From the NCBI GenBank assembly GCA_001303585.1, contig LJTT01000001.1, forward strand, positions 49,088 through 113,087: a DNA stretch of 64,000 nucleotides, in the 5' to 3' direction. Positions 21,681 through 31,419 of the stretch are shown here, piece by piece (the stretch's first letter is position 1; each line of letters opens with the position of its first letter). The position numbers and the translations under genes were made by a program. Below the pieces are notes generated by a model. That model was not told where the DNA came from. It saw nothing but the letters and a program-made list of their open reading frames with translations, and searched no databases. This stretch comes from Betaproteobacteria bacterium SG8_41 (lineage in GTDB: Bacteria; Pseudomonadota; Gammaproteobacteria; Burkholderiales; SG8-41).

Positions 21681-22931
21681 TCAATGGAGCACGCCGACCA
21701 GCGCTCCGATCATGAGCGTGGCGAGCGTCCCTGCAATGATCGAGCGCATGCCCAGCGAGACGATTTCTTCGCGCCGCTCGGGAACCATTGTCGCCATGCC
21801 GCCAATCAGAATGCCGAGACTTCCAAAATTGGCAAAGCCGCACAGGCAATAGGTCATGATGATGCGGCTGCGGTCCGAAAGACTGCCTTCGGCCAGTCGC
21901 GCCATGTCGAGATACGCAATCAGCTCGTTGAGCACTGTCTTCGTGCCCATCAGCGCTCCCGCCACGGGCGCTTCCGACCACGGCACCCCCGCGAGCCACA
22001 CCACCGGCGCCATCACGTAGCCGAGCAGGCGCTGGAGCGTGATTCTTGCGCCGCCCCACTCGGGCAACAAGCCCAGCGCGAGATTGACGAGCGTGACCAG
22101 AGCGATCAGCACGACCAGCATAGCGACGATGTTGAGCAGGAGCTGCAGACCGTCCAGCGTGCCGCGCGTAACGGCGTCCATGCTGCTCGCGGCCTGTTGG
22201 GGCGGCAGCAGCCGACCCGATGTCGGAGCGCCCCGAGGCGGGACCATCACCGCGGCAACGAGTATCGCAGCGGGTGCGCTGATGATGGACGCCGACAGGA
22301 TATGCCCCATCGCGCCCGGCACGACCGGGCCCAAAATGCTCGCGTATAGCACCATGACCGTGCCCGCGATGCCCGCCATCCCGCCCGTCATCACGATGAA
22401 CAGCTCTCCCCGGCTCATCTCCCTTAAGTAGGGACGGATGAACAGCGGCGCCTCGACCATGCCGACGAAGATGTTGGCGGCCGTCGACAGCCCGACGGCG
22501 CCCCCCACGCCCATCGCTTTTTCGAGCACGGTCGAAGTCGCCCGCACGATCGCGGGCAGCACGCGCCAATAGAACAGCAGCGCGGAGAGCGCGCTTACCA
22601 CCAGAATGAGGGGCAAGGCGCGAAACGCCAGAATGAAACTCGAGCTCTGCGGCAATTCCTGAAAGGGCTGGGCGCCGCCGCCCAAATAGCCGAACACGAA
22701 CCGGGTGCCCGCCTGCGTTGCCCGCTCCAGCGCAAGCAGGCCGTCGTTCAGCAAGAAAAAGAAGCCTTTGACGATTGGCACCTTCAGCAGCAGCGCCGCG
22801 AGCACCACCTGGAGCACGATGCCCGATACGACAATCCGCCACGGGATCGCGCGCCGGTCCTCCGACAACAGCCAGGCCAGGCCGATGAGGGCAAAAAAAC
22901 CGAAGGCGCTCTGCAGGGCCAGCCAGTTCAA
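21681..22931 (-). CDS. NupC/NupG family (CNT) nucleoside transporter
   Basis: 416 aa polytopic protein. MNWLALQSAFGFFALIGLAWLLSEDRRAIPWRIV and the C-terminal half are typical of concentrative nucleoside transporters. Confidence 0.8.
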   Translation of the reverse strand: MNWLALQSAFGFFALIGLAWLLSEDRRAIPWRIVVSGIVLQVVLAALLLKVPIVKGFFFLLNDGLLALERATQAGTRFVFGYLGGGAQPFQELPQSSSFILAFRALPLILVVSALSALLFYWRVLPAIVRATSTVLEKAMGVGGAVGLSTAANIFVGMVEAPLFIRPYLREMSRGELFIVMTGGMAGIAGTVMVLYASILGPVVPGAMGHILSASIISAPAAILVAAVMVPPRGAPTSGRLLPPQQAASSMDAVTRGTLDGLQLLLNIVAMLVVLIALVTLVNLALGLLPEWGGARITLQRLLGYVMAPVVWLAGVPWSEAPVAGALMGTKTVLNELIAYLDMARLAEGSLSDRSRIIMTYCLCGFANFGSLGILIGGMATMVPERREEIVSLGMRSIIAGTLATLMIGALVGVLH

Positions 22932-22957
22932 AGCGCCTCCAAACCCATTCTTGGCCG

Positions 22958-23078
22958 CAGATAAACACAGATAAACGCAGATTCAACCATGCAAAAGACC
23001 AAGAGCGAGAGCAAAACCGTTTCGCCGCCGATGGACGCCGATAGGCGGAAACTAGGCGCGGCTCGATTCACGATTCAC
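22958..23078. repeat. 10-nt unit arrays plus GATTCAC heptads
   Basis: cagataaaca cagataaacg cagattcaac (22958-22987); ccgatggacg ccgataggcg (23028-23047); gattcac gattcac (23065-23078). Confidence 0.75.
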
Positions 23079-23132
23079 GACGGCAAGGGCTGCCGATGGG
23101 TATCAGCATGTTCGTAGTAGACCCTGCGCGAA

Positions 23133-24503
23133 TCATAGGCGGCGCCAGGTGGTGCCTTGTGGCGTGTCTTCGAGCGTCACGCCCGCCTCCAGCAGTGCAT
23201 CGCGAATGCGGTCTGCCTCGGAAAAATTCCGGCTCTTGCGCGCGGCCGCGCGCGCTGCGATCTGCGCCTCGATCTGCTCCGCCGTCAGCCCGCCCGCTGC
23301 TGGCAACGCTTGCAGGAACTGCTGCGGCTCGCGCTCGAGTAATCCCAGTATCGCGCCCAACGACTTCAGCAACCGCGCGTCCTCCGGCCTATGGGTGCGA
23401 TTCACCTCGTTGGCAAGCTCGAACAGGACCGCTACTGCTTCCGGCGTGTTGAAATCGTCGTTCATCGCCTCCTTGAAACGCGCCGCATGCGGGGCATTCC
23501 AGTCGAGCTGCCCCCCCGAGACGTCTATCCCCTTAAGCGCAGTATAGAGGCGCGTCAGCGCCTGCTTCGCATCCTCGAGGTGCTGGTCGGAGTAATTGAG
23601 CGGGCTGCGGTAGTGCGCGCGCACGATGAAGAAACGCACCACTTCCGCGTCGTAGCGCGCCAGTATTTCACGAACCGTGAAGAAGTTGCCAAGCGATTTC
23701 GACATCTTCTCGTTGTCGACGCGCACGAAGCCGTTGTGCATCCAGTAATTGACAAACGTTTCCTGGTTCGCGCCTTCCGACTGCGCAATCTCATTCTCAT
23801 GATGCGGAAATTGCAGGTCCTGGCCGCCGCCGTGGATGTCGAAATGCTTTCCCAGCAGGGCGCTCGACATGACGGAGCATTCGATGTGCCACCCGGGCCG
23901 CCCCCTGCCCCATGCCGATTCCCAAAACGGCTCGCCTTCCTTGGCCCGCTTCCAAAGCACGAAATCGAGCGGATCCTGCTTGGCCGCATCCACCTCGATG
24001 CGCTCGCCGGCGCGCAAATCGTCAAGCGACTTCCCGGAAAGCTTGCCGTAGCCAGGAAACTTGCGCACGGAGTAGTTGACGTCGCCGTTGCCCGCGCGGT
24101 ACGCGAGCCCCCGGCGCTCCAGCAAAACGATCATTTCCTGCATGCCGGCAACGTAATCGGTCGCGCGCGGCTCGAAATCCGGTGTCTCCACGCCGAGCGC
24201 GGCGTTATCCTCGTTCATGGCCCGGATGAAGCGCGCGGTAAGCGCCGCAACGGTCTCGCCGTTCTCCTGCGCCCGCTTGATGATCTTGTCGTCGATATCC
24301 GTAATATTCCGCACGTAGGTAACCCGATAGTCGAGGGCACGCAGCCACCGTCGGACCACATCGAACACCACCATCACGCGTGCGTGCCCCAAGTGGCAAT
24401 AGTCATAGACCGTCATGCCGCACACGTACAGACGGACATGGCCGGGTTCGATCGGCGCAAATGTCTGCTTTTCCCGACTCAGCGAGTTATAGATCTTCAG
24501 CAT
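23133..24503 (-). CDS. cysS: cysteine--tRNA ligase
   Basis: [19 protein letters not shown]-type [18 protein letters not shown] at 24503. Confidence 0.93.
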   Translation of the reverse strand: MLKIYNSLSREKQTFAPIEPGHVRLYVCGMTVYDYCHLGHARVMVVFDVVRRWLRALDYRVTYVRNITDIDDKIIKRAQENGETVAALTARFIRAMNEDNAALGVETPDFEPRATDYVAGMQEMIVLLERRGLAYRAGNGDVNYSVRKFPGYGKLSGKSLDDLRAGERIEVDAAKQDPLDFVLWKRAKEGEPFWESAWGRGRPGWHIECSVMSSALLGKHFDIHGGGQDLQFPHHENEIAQSEGANQETFVNYWMHNGFVRVDNEKMSKSLGNFFTVREILARYDAEVVRFFIVRAHYRSPLNYSDQHLEDAKQALTRLYTALKGIDVSGGQLDWNAPHAARFKEAMNDDFNTPEAVAVLFELANEVNRTHRPEDARLLKSLGAILGLLEREPQQFLQALPAAGGLTAEQIEAQIAARAAARKSRNFSEADRIRDALLEAGVTLEDTPQGTTWRRL

Positions 24504-24763
24504 GTTCGTGCATCCGCCGGGCCTGCCGGGCAGCCCCGAGGCGTCCGCCACGGCTGTTTGCACGCGAGCAAAACAGGGGCCTGAGCATAGGGGCGGATGC
24601 GTCTTCTCGGATAGCGGAACTCGGCCCTTCTGGGGGGCGTCGCAACGGGCATGACAAGACCCAAGACAACAGCAAATCTTAAGTTTGAATTACCCGACGT
24701 TCTTGGTAAAATTTCGAGGATCTTGGCACTAACCCACTGAAATTATCGGGAAAGTATAGCACA

Positions 24764-25834
24764 ATGGCATTGTTCTCCGTGCGCGTTCCGGCGCTGCTGG
24801 TAGCGTTGATGATCGGGCTGGTTAGCATGGCGCCTGCGCTTGCCCAGCGCGACGAACTGCGGGACGCGAGCGAGTTGATCAGGCTCGGCCAGTACGATCG
24901 CGCGCTCACGCGGGTCGAGGCCTACCTCAAGGAACGGCCCAAAGATGCGCGCGGGCGCTTTCTGAAAGGACTGATCCTCGCAGAGCAGAAGAAGATTGAC
25001 GAGGCGATCGACGTCTTCACCGCGCTGACACAGGATTACCCGGAGCTGCCCGAGCCCCACAACAATTTGGCGGTGCTCTACGCCAACCAGGGTCAGTACG
25101 AAAAAGCGCGTTCGGCGCTCGAGATGGCCATCCGCACGCACCCAAGTTATGCCACCGCGCACGAGAATCTTGGTGATGTCTACGCGAAGATGGCAAGCCA
25201 GGCCTATGGCAAGGCGCTGCAGCTCGACAGGGAAAATCGAGCCGCGCAGACCAAGCTCAATCTGATCCGCGAGCTGTTTTCGAGCGCCGCCCCTGCAAGC
25301 AAGGGGACGGTCGCCGCGGCCGCGCCGACCGGAACAATGGCTGAGAAGCCGTCCGCAGCCGGAGCAAAACCGGCGGTCGAGGCTCCAAGCGGGCCGCCAG
25401 CCGCGGGCGCGGTGCCTGCTCCAGGTCCGAGCGCAGCGGCGGTGAAACCGGCGATAAAGCCTGCGTCACCAGCCAAGGCAGCGCCGCGTGATGATTCGAA
25501 ACAAGTCATGCAAGCGGTAGATCGCTGGGCAAGGGCCTGGTCCGAAAACGACATTGCTACCTATCTCGCGCACTATGCTCCCGATTTCGAACCACCCCAA
25601 GGCATGTCACGCACCGCCTGGGAAGCGCAGCGCAGGGCGCGTATCGCCAAGCCGCGTGAGATCAAGGTCATGATCGAGGCCCCGAAGGTCGTTTTCACGG
25701 GAGAGGACCGTGCCAAAGTAACCTTCCGCCAGCACTACCGTTCGAATACCTTTAAGGCCTCAGGGACCAAGACCCTGGATATGGTGAGACAAGGCGACAA
25801 ATGGCTCATCAAGCGGGAACAGTTCAAGGGATGA
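24764..25834 (+). CDS. secreted TPR-repeat protein with C-terminal NTF2/SnoaL-like domain
   Basis: Signal-like N-terminus ...SMAPALAQ, TPR-type helices, an Ala/Pro-rich linker, then a C-terminal domain with YLAHYAPDF. Confidence 0.75.
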   Translation: MALFSVRVPALLVALMIGLVSMAPALAQRDELRDASELIRLGQYDRALTRVEAYLKERPKDARGRFLKGLILAEQKKIDEAIDVFTALTQDYPELPEPHNNLAVLYANQGQYEKARSALEMAIRTHPSYATAHENLGDVYAKMASQAYGKALQLDRENRAAQTKLNLIRELFSSAAPASKGTVAAAAPTGTMAEKPSAAGAKPAVEAPSGPPAAGAVPAPGPSAAAVKPAIKPASPAKAAPRDDSKQVMQAVDRWARAWSENDIATYLAHYAPDFEPPQGMSRTAWEAQRRARIAKPREIKVMIEAPKVVFTGEDRAKVTFRQHYRSNTFKASGTKTLDMVRQGDKWLIKREQFKG

Positions 25835-27120
25835 TCTCGGCTCGGGCTATGTGGAGCCACCGCGGGGTCCGTTTTGCGCTGGTCGCGCTGGCGGCATCTG
25901 CCGCCTGTGCCGCCTTGCTGGTCATCGGCGGACGATCCACACCGGCGGTCTCGGCGATACCGGCAATGCCGGTTCCCACGGTAATCGCGGATTCAAAGCG
26001 CAATGGGCCCGAAGCGCTGCTCGCTCGCACGATGCGCGAGATCAACGCGAACCAGCTCGACGGCGCGCTGGCCGAGGTCGACAAGATCATCAACGCCTAT
26101 CCGAACTTCCGGCTCGCGCACCTTATCAAGGGCGATATCCTGCTCGCGCGCGCGCGCCCGCTGACGACGATCGGAAACGTAGTTGGCGCGCCCTCCGACG
26201 AGATCGAGGACCTGCGGGAAGAAGCGCGCGCGCGCATTGCGCGTTACCAGGATGAGCGCCCGAAAGCGCGCATTCCACGCTACTTCGTGCAGCTGAATGA
26301 CGAGCAGCGTCACGCGTTCGTGGTGGACACTTCGAAATCCACTCTATACGTATTCGAAAACGACGGCGGCGAGCTGCGCTACGTGAACGACTACTATGTC
26401 AGCATCGGCAAGAATGGAATCGACAAATTCCGCGAAGGAGACAACAAGACACCGCTTGGCGTCTATCACGTGACGCGCTGGCTCTCCCGGGATCAACTGG
26501 CGTCCCAGTACGGTAAGGCGAGCGAGCTATACGGGGCCGGCGCGTTCCCGCTCGACTACCCAAACACCTGGGACCGGCGGGAGGGACGCAACGGATACGG
26601 CATCTGGCTGCACGGCGTGCCCTATGACACCTACAGTCGTCCGCCGCGCGCCAGCAACGGCTGCGTGGCGCTCACGAACCAGGACCTCGAGGCCCTCACC
26701 GGCAAAGTCCAGATTGGACTGACACCGGTGGTCATTGCCAACGGCGTCGACTGGGTGCCACCCGAGTCGAATACGGCGATGCGCCGTGAGCTCACCCGGC
26801 AGCTCGATGGCTGGCGCCAGGACTGGGAAAGTCTCGACACCGAAAAATACCTTGGCCACTACGCCCCGGACTTTTCATCGGGCGGGGACGGGCTTTCGAA
26901 ATGGTCAGCGCACAAGCGCAGGGTCAACGCCCGCAAGAAATGGATCAAGGTCAAGCTGAACAAGGTCAGCATCGTTCTTTATCCCGGCCGCGATGATCTC
27001 GCCGTGGTCACCTTCGACCAGGACTACGCGAGCAGCAATTACAAGAAGCGGATGCGCAAGCTCCAGTACTGGATCAGGGACGGCGGGGCCTGGCGCATCC
27101 TGCATGAGGGCGCCGCTTGA
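25801..27120 (+). CDS. L,D-transpeptidase (YkuD) family protein
   Basis: GDNKTPLGVYHV ... GIWLHGVP ... SNGCVALTN catalytic His/Cys region. The start is uncertain (ATG at 25801, 25831 or 25849) and overlaps the upstream gene. Confidence 0.8.
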   Translation: MAHQAGTVQGMISARAMWSHRGVRFALVALAASAACAALLVIGGRSTPAVSAIPAMPVPTVIADSKRNGPEALLARTMREINANQLDGALAEVDKIINAYPNFRLAHLIKGDILLARARPLTTIGNVVGAPSDEIEDLREEARARIARYQDERPKARIPRYFVQLNDEQRHAFVVDTSKSTLYVFENDGGELRYVNDYYVSIGKNGIDKFREGDNKTPLGVYHVTRWLSRDQLASQYGKASELYGAGAFPLDYPNTWDRREGRNGYGIWLHGVPYDTYSRPPRASNGCVALTNQDLEALTGKVQIGLTPVVIANGVDWVPPESNTAMRRELTRQLDGWRQDWESLDTEKYLGHYAPDFSSGGDGLSKWSAHKRRVNARKKWIKVKLNKVSIVLYPGRDDLAVVTFDQDYASSNYKKRMRKLQYWIRDGGAWRILHEGAA

Positions 27121-27202
27121 TTGAGTGAAGCTCGCTCCCGGCTGTTGACGGGAGCTCTCGGCGCGGCCCAGTCCGCTTTTTTGGTTCTTCAATCGGAATA
27201 CC

Positions 27203-27805
27203 ATGCTCAGACTCCTCTTCACTCTGATCGCAGCGCTCTGGTCCGTTGCGTCTATTTCCGCAAATCCGCAGGTCGAGCTCAAGACGAACATGGGAGTCAT
27301 CGTGCTCGAGCTGTATCCGGAGCGGACCCCGGCCACCGTGAAGAACTTCATCCAATACGTGAAAGATGGTCACTACAACGGCACCGTTTTTCACCGCGTC
27401 ATCCCCAAATTCATGATCCAGGGTGGCGGCTTCAGCCCGGACTTCAAGCAAAGGCCCGTGGGCAAGCCCATTCGAAACGAGGCCGCCAACGGAATCAAGA
27501 ACACCATAGGTACCGTGGCGATGGCACGGACATCCGAGCCTCATTCGGCGACCGCGCAATTCTTCATCAATATCGCGGATAACGACTTTCTTAACTTTCG
27601 CTACCCGACCAGAGAAGGCTACGGCTATTGCGCGTTCGGCCGGGTGATCAAGGGCATGAACGTCGTTCAACGCATTGCGAGCGTCGCCACGGGCCCCGGC
27701 CCGGCGCCACACCGTGACGTGCCGCGGCAGCCTGTCGTAATCGAGCAGGCGACTGTCATCGAGGCGGCGGACCCCGCCGCGAAGTTGCCCGCAAACCCGA
27801 AGTAG
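27203..27805 (+). CDS. ppiA: peptidylprolyl isomerase A (periplasmic cyclophilin)
   Basis: Signal peptide MLRLLFTLIAALWSVASISA plus a cyclophilin core ([15 protein letters not shown]). Confidence 0.9.
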   Translation: MLRLLFTLIAALWSVASISANPQVELKTNMGVIVLELYPERTPATVKNFIQYVKDGHYNGTVFHRVIPKFMIQGGGFSPDFKQRPVGKPIRNEAANGIKNTIGTVAMARTSEPHSATAQFFINIADNDFLNFRYPTREGYGYCAFGRVIKGMNVVQRIASVATGPGPAPHRDVPRQPVVIEQATVIEAADPAAKLPANPK

Positions 27806-27917
27806 CCCGCTGGCCCCGGCACCGACTCGGGCGCGGGCCTATAATACCCAGGGCCATTTGCGCTAATCTCGGCGTGTTGGTCTGTTTGCATCGATCTAAA
27901 CCAACGACAGGAGAATC

Positions 27918-28412
27918 ATGGTCAAGTTGCACACCAATTTCGGCGCCATTTCACTCGAACTCGACGCCGCGCGCGCTCCGCAAACAGTCGCCAACTTTCT
28001 GCAATATGTGAGGGATGGCCACTACGACAACACGATTTTTCATCGCGTCATAGACGGCTTCATGATTCAGGGCGGCGGCTTCGAGCCGGGAATGAAGCAG
28101 AAACCGACGCGCGCGGCGATCAAGAACGAAGCCGACAACAAGGTTCCGAACGCGCCTTACACCGTCTCGATGGCGCGCACGTCAGAGCCCCATTCGGCAA
28201 GCGCGCAGTTCTTCATCAATGTCGGGAGCAACGATTTTCTCAACTATACCGCGCCTACGGCGCAGGGCTGGGGCTATTGCGTCTTTGGGCGGGTCGTCGA
28301 CGGCACCGATGTAGTCGACCGGATCAAGAGCGTCCAGACCGGGCGCAAAGGTTTTCACGACGATGTGCCGCTCGAGGATGTCATCATAGAACGCGCCGAG
28401 ACCAACGAGTAA
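27918..28412 (+). CDS. ppiB: peptidylprolyl isomerase B (cytoplasmic cyclophilin)
   Basis: [31 protein letters not shown]; 164 aa. Confidence 0.9.
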   Translation: MVKLHTNFGAISLELDAARAPQTVANFLQYVRDGHYDNTIFHRVIDGFMIQGGGFEPGMKQKPTRAAIKNEADNKVPNAPYTVSMARTSEPHSASAQFFINVGSNDFLNYTAPTAQGWGYCVFGRVVDGTDVVDRIKSVQTGRKGFHDDVPLEDVIIERAETNE

Positions 28413-28484
28413 TTCGTGATGCGCGTCAGGTAAACGGTAAAGCCTGCTCTCACGCCGCCACCCGTCACTCATCACGCATAACGA

Positions 28485-29207
28485 ATGACGCACAGCCTCT
28501 TCATTTCAGACCTGCACCTGGCCCCCGGGCGTCCCGCTACCACTGACTCCTTCTTCGGGTTCTTGAAGGGACCAGCCGCGCAGGCCGAAGCGCTGTACAT
28601 CCTTGGCGATTTGTTCGAGTACTGGATCGGAGACGATGATCTGTCTGACCCGTTCAACGCCTCGGTTGCCGAAGCGCTGGGCGCGCTCTCCCGGCGGGGC
28701 GTGGCCGTCAACCTGATGCAGGGAAATCGCGACGTTCTGATGGGTGACGAGTTTGCCGGCCGTTGTGGCGGACGCCTGCTGGCAGATCCCGCAATCCTCG
28801 ACCTGTACGGCAAACCCACGCTCGTCATGCACGGTGACACGCTGTGCACCGACGACGTCGAGTACATGAAATGGCGCGCCAAGGCCCGCGACCCCGCCTT
28901 CCAGGCTAGATTCCTGGGGCAGCCGATCCCTGAGCGCAAGCGGCTGATCGTCGGCATGCGCCAGAAGAGCGAGGAGCACAAGCAGGGGCAATCTCCGGCC
29001 ATCATGGATGTTGCGAAGCCAACGGTGGAGCGGATTTTGCGTGACTTCAACTATCCGCGTCTCATCCATGGTCATACTCACCGCCCGGCGCGCCACGTGC
29101 ACCGGATCGACGGCCATGACTGCGAGCGCTGGGTGCTGACCGACTGGTACGGAAGTGGCGGATACTTGCGCTGCGACGCCAGCGGCTGCACCGTGACCGC
29201 ACTATGA
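28485..29207 (+). CDS. lpxH: UDP-2,3-diacylglucosamine diphosphatase
   Basis: LFISDLHL metallophosphoesterase start, GNRD and HGD motifs, 240 aa, in the ppiB-lpxH context. Confidence 0.88.
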   Translation: MTHSLFISDLHLAPGRPATTDSFFGFLKGPAAQAEALYILGDLFEYWIGDDDLSDPFNASVAEALGALSRRGVAVNLMQGNRDVLMGDEFAGRCGGRLLADPAILDLYGKPTLVMHGDTLCTDDVEYMKWRAKARDPAFQARFLGQPIPERKRLIVGMRQKSEEHKQGQSPAIMDVAKPTVERILRDFNYPRLIHGHTHRPARHVHRIDGHDCERWVLTDWYGSGGYLRCDASGCTVTAL

Positions 29208-29303
29208 GCACGCGGGACGATCACGCGCGCAATGATACGGACTTGGCACCTACCAACACGCCGGCAACGCCGATTACGAACTTGAACGTGGCCTAGGGAA
29301 CCG

Positions 29304-30065
29304 ATGCACCTAACCAACTCCGTGAAAAAAGCCGCAGCACAAACAAACGCCGAAGCAGGCCCGGCGGCTACCGGCTCGCCGGCCGTTCAGGCACCCGTGG
29401 CCGTGCCAACGTATCTCGAGCAGACCTATTGGTGGGCCTACCTCCATCCGCGCGGGGTGAGTTTCTTCGAGCGCCAGTGGCTGGTAAATCTTATTTTGTG
29501 GGGCAATTACGTTACCTTGCGCGATGCGGCATTCGCCGAGCTTGACGACCTGACTGTCGGCAAGGTGCTCCAGGTTGCATGCGTGTACGGCGATTTCACC
29601 GTAAAACTCGCACAGCGCCTCGCACCTGGAACGCGTCTTGACGTCGTCGACGTGGCGCCCGTGCAGCTCGACAATCTTCGAAGAAAGATCGGAACACAGT
29701 CCGCGGTTTCCCTGCACCACCAGGATTCGGCTGATCTCGCATTCGCCGATCAGAGCTACGATTGCGTCGTGGTTTTCTTTCTGCTCCATGAGCAGCCGGC
29801 CCATGCGCGAGCGCGCACGATCCGGGAGGCGCTGCGCGTCACCCGGCGCGGCGGCAAGATCGTAATCGTCGATTACCATCAGCCTGCCCGGCTCAACCCG
29901 TTCCGCTACATCATGCTGCCGGTCCTGAAACTACTGGAGCCGTACGCGCTGGACATGTGGTTCAACGATATCTCCACTTGGCTGCCGGCGGACGCGAAGC
30001 CCGCCAGCGTGGAAAAGCGCGTCTACTTCGGCGGGCTCTACCAGAAAGTCGTCGTCACCCTGTAG
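29304..30065 (+). CDS. class I methyltransferase-fold protein, RquA-like (rhodoquinone biosynthesis) candidate
   Basis: YLEQTYWWAYLHPRGVSFFERQWLVNLILWGNY and LQVACVYGD (atypical SAM motif I), then VVDVAPVQLDNL. This matches my recollection of RquA signatures. Confidence 0.55.
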   Translation: MHLTNSVKKAAAQTNAEAGPAATGSPAVQAPVAVPTYLEQTYWWAYLHPRGVSFFERQWLVNLILWGNYVTLRDAAFAELDDLTVGKVLQVACVYGDFTVKLAQRLAPGTRLDVVDVAPVQLDNLRRKIGTQSAVSLHHQDSADLAFADQSYDCVVVFFLLHEQPAHARARTIREALRVTRRGGKIVIVDYHQPARLNPFRYIMLPVLKLLEPYALDMWFNDISTWLPADAKPASVEKRVYFGGLYQKVVVTL

Positions 30066-30131
30066 CGATCGTTCGACCGCAGCCAGCGTAACCGCCTGCT
30101 GCCATCTCGTTCGCCCTGCCTGTCTGCGGGA

Positions 30132-31307
30132 TCATGGGTTCAGCCCCTGCGCGAGATCGGCTTCGATATCCTCGACCTTTTCAAGGCCTACCGCTACCCG
30201 CAGCAAGCCTTCTCCAATTCCGGCGGCAGCGCGCGCTTCTGGCGAGATGCGGCCATGAGTGGTCGAGGCCGGATGCGTAATGGTGCTGCGGGTGTCGCCA
30301 AGATTGGCCGTGATGGAAAGCATTTTCGTCGCGTCGACGACTCGCCAGGCGCCCTCGCGCCCGCCCTTCACATCGAATGACACAATAGCGCCCGGCCCCT
30401 TCTGCTGCTTCTTCGCAAGCTCGTGCTGCGGGTGGGAAGCAAGACCGGGGTAATAAACGCGCTCGACAGCGGGTTGCTGCTCGAGCCAACGCGCCAGCGC
30501 CAGCGCTGACTCGGACTGGTTTTGCATCCGGATCCTCAAAGTCTCCAATCCTTTGAGGATCACCCAGGCATTGAACGGGCTCAATGTCGGCCCCGCGGTG
30601 CGCAGGAAGCCGAACACGCCTTCATGGATCACGTCGCGGCGGCCGAGCACTGCCCCACCCAGCACCCTTCCCTGCCCGTCCAGATATTTGGTGGCAGAAT
30701 GGATCACGATGTCCGCGCCGAGCTCCAGCGGACGCTGCAGGGCCGGCGTGCAAAAGCAATTATCCACGGCCAGCAGCGCGCCGGCCTTTTTCGCAATCCC
30801 GGCGAGCGCTGCCACGTCGTAGACTTCGGTTAGCGGGTTCGACGGCGTCTCGAGGAACAGCAGGCGCGTAGCGGGCTTCAATGCCTTTTCCCACCCACTG
30901 AGGGCACTACCCGAAACAAACGTCGTTTCCACGCCGAATCGCTTCATGACGTTGCCCAGGAGCTGCACGGTCGCGCCAAACACGCCTGCCGAGCACACAA
31001 TGTGATCGCCGCTCCTCAACAGCCCCATAACGGTCGAAAGAATTGCGGCCATGCCCGAGCCGGTCGAGACGCAGCACTGCGCGCCTTCGAGCGCAGCAAG
31101 ACGCTCTTCCATCATGGTGACCGTCGGGTTCGTGAAGCGCGAATAAATGTTGCCCGGTTCCTGGTTCGCGAAGCGCGCCGCGGCCTGGGCGGCCGTCTTG
31201 AACACAAAACTCGAAGTGAGGTAAAGCGCCTCGGAGTGCTCGCCGAACTGGCTGCGCTGTGTCCCCGCCCGAACCGCGAGGGTATCCAGATGATAGTCGT
31301 CACTCAT
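30132..31307 (-). CDS. metZ: O-succinylhomoserine sulfhydrylase
   Basis: LDTLAVRAGTQRSQFGEHSEALYLTSSFVF...NIYSRFTNPTV and the PLP-lysine motif HSATKYLDGQGR. Confidence 0.8.
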   Translation of the reverse strand: MSDDYHLDTLAVRAGTQRSQFGEHSEALYLTSSFVFKTAAQAAARFANQEPGNIYSRFTNPTVTMMEERLAALEGAQCCVSTGSGMAAILSTVMGLLRSGDHIVCSAGVFGATVQLLGNVMKRFGVETTFVSGSALSGWEKALKPATRLLFLETPSNPLTEVYDVAALAGIAKKAGALLAVDNCFCTPALQRPLELGADIVIHSATKYLDGQGRVLGGAVLGRRDVIHEGVFGFLRTAGPTLSPFNAWVILKGLETLRIRMQNQSESALALARWLEQQPAVERVYYPGLASHPQHELAKKQQKGPGAIVSFDVKGGREGAWRVVDATKMLSITANLGDTRSTITHPASTTHGRISPEARAAAGIGEGLLRVAVGLEKVEDIEADLAQGLNP

Positions 31308-31318
31308 TTCACATCCCT

Positions 31319-31353
31319 AAAAACAAAAACCCGATCAGCTCGCGCCGACCGGG
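31319..31353 (-). terminator. intrinsic terminator/attenuator inside the metZ leader
   Basis: Minus-sense CCCGGTC-ggcgcgagct-GATCGGG followed by TTTTTGTTTTT. It ends 12 nt before the metZ ATG, so metZ transcripts must read through it. Confidence 0.6.
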
Positions 31354-31358
31354 TTCGC

Positions 31359-31413
31359 CGTCGCTTTAGCTGAATTTCTAACGCGCCCGCAAGCTGACCT
31401 TCAAATCGGCGCG
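31359..31413 (-). ncRNA. candidate SAM-II-like riboswitch aptamer in the metZ leader
   Basis: Minus-sense CGCGCC-GAUUUGAAGGUCAGCUUGCG-GGCGCG-UUAGAAAUUCAGCUAAAGCG. This gives a 6-bp P1, a U-rich L1, loop GCUU complementary to the 3' AAAGC (H-type pseudoknot), and CGAUUU/GCUUGC/AAAGC words as I recall for SAM-II. Confidence 0.35.
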
Positions 31414-31419
31414 ATTGGA

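Noticed and set aside
24654-24674. ACAAGAC CCAAGAC AACAGCA as another heptad array.
   Set aside because: There are only two or three weak units, no inverted partner, and no TCA/TGA core.
24724-24740. TGGCAC, resembling the -24 box of a sigma-54 promoter upstream of the TPR protein gene.
   Set aside because: The sequence 5 nt downstream is CACTG, not TTGC(A/T), so there is no -12 element.
27133-27182. A possible terminator after the L,D-transpeptidase gene: GCTCCCG-8 nt-CGGGAGC, with a T6 run 20 nt later.
   Set aside because: The T-run is not adjacent to the strong stem, and the hairpin next to it has only a 4-bp stem.
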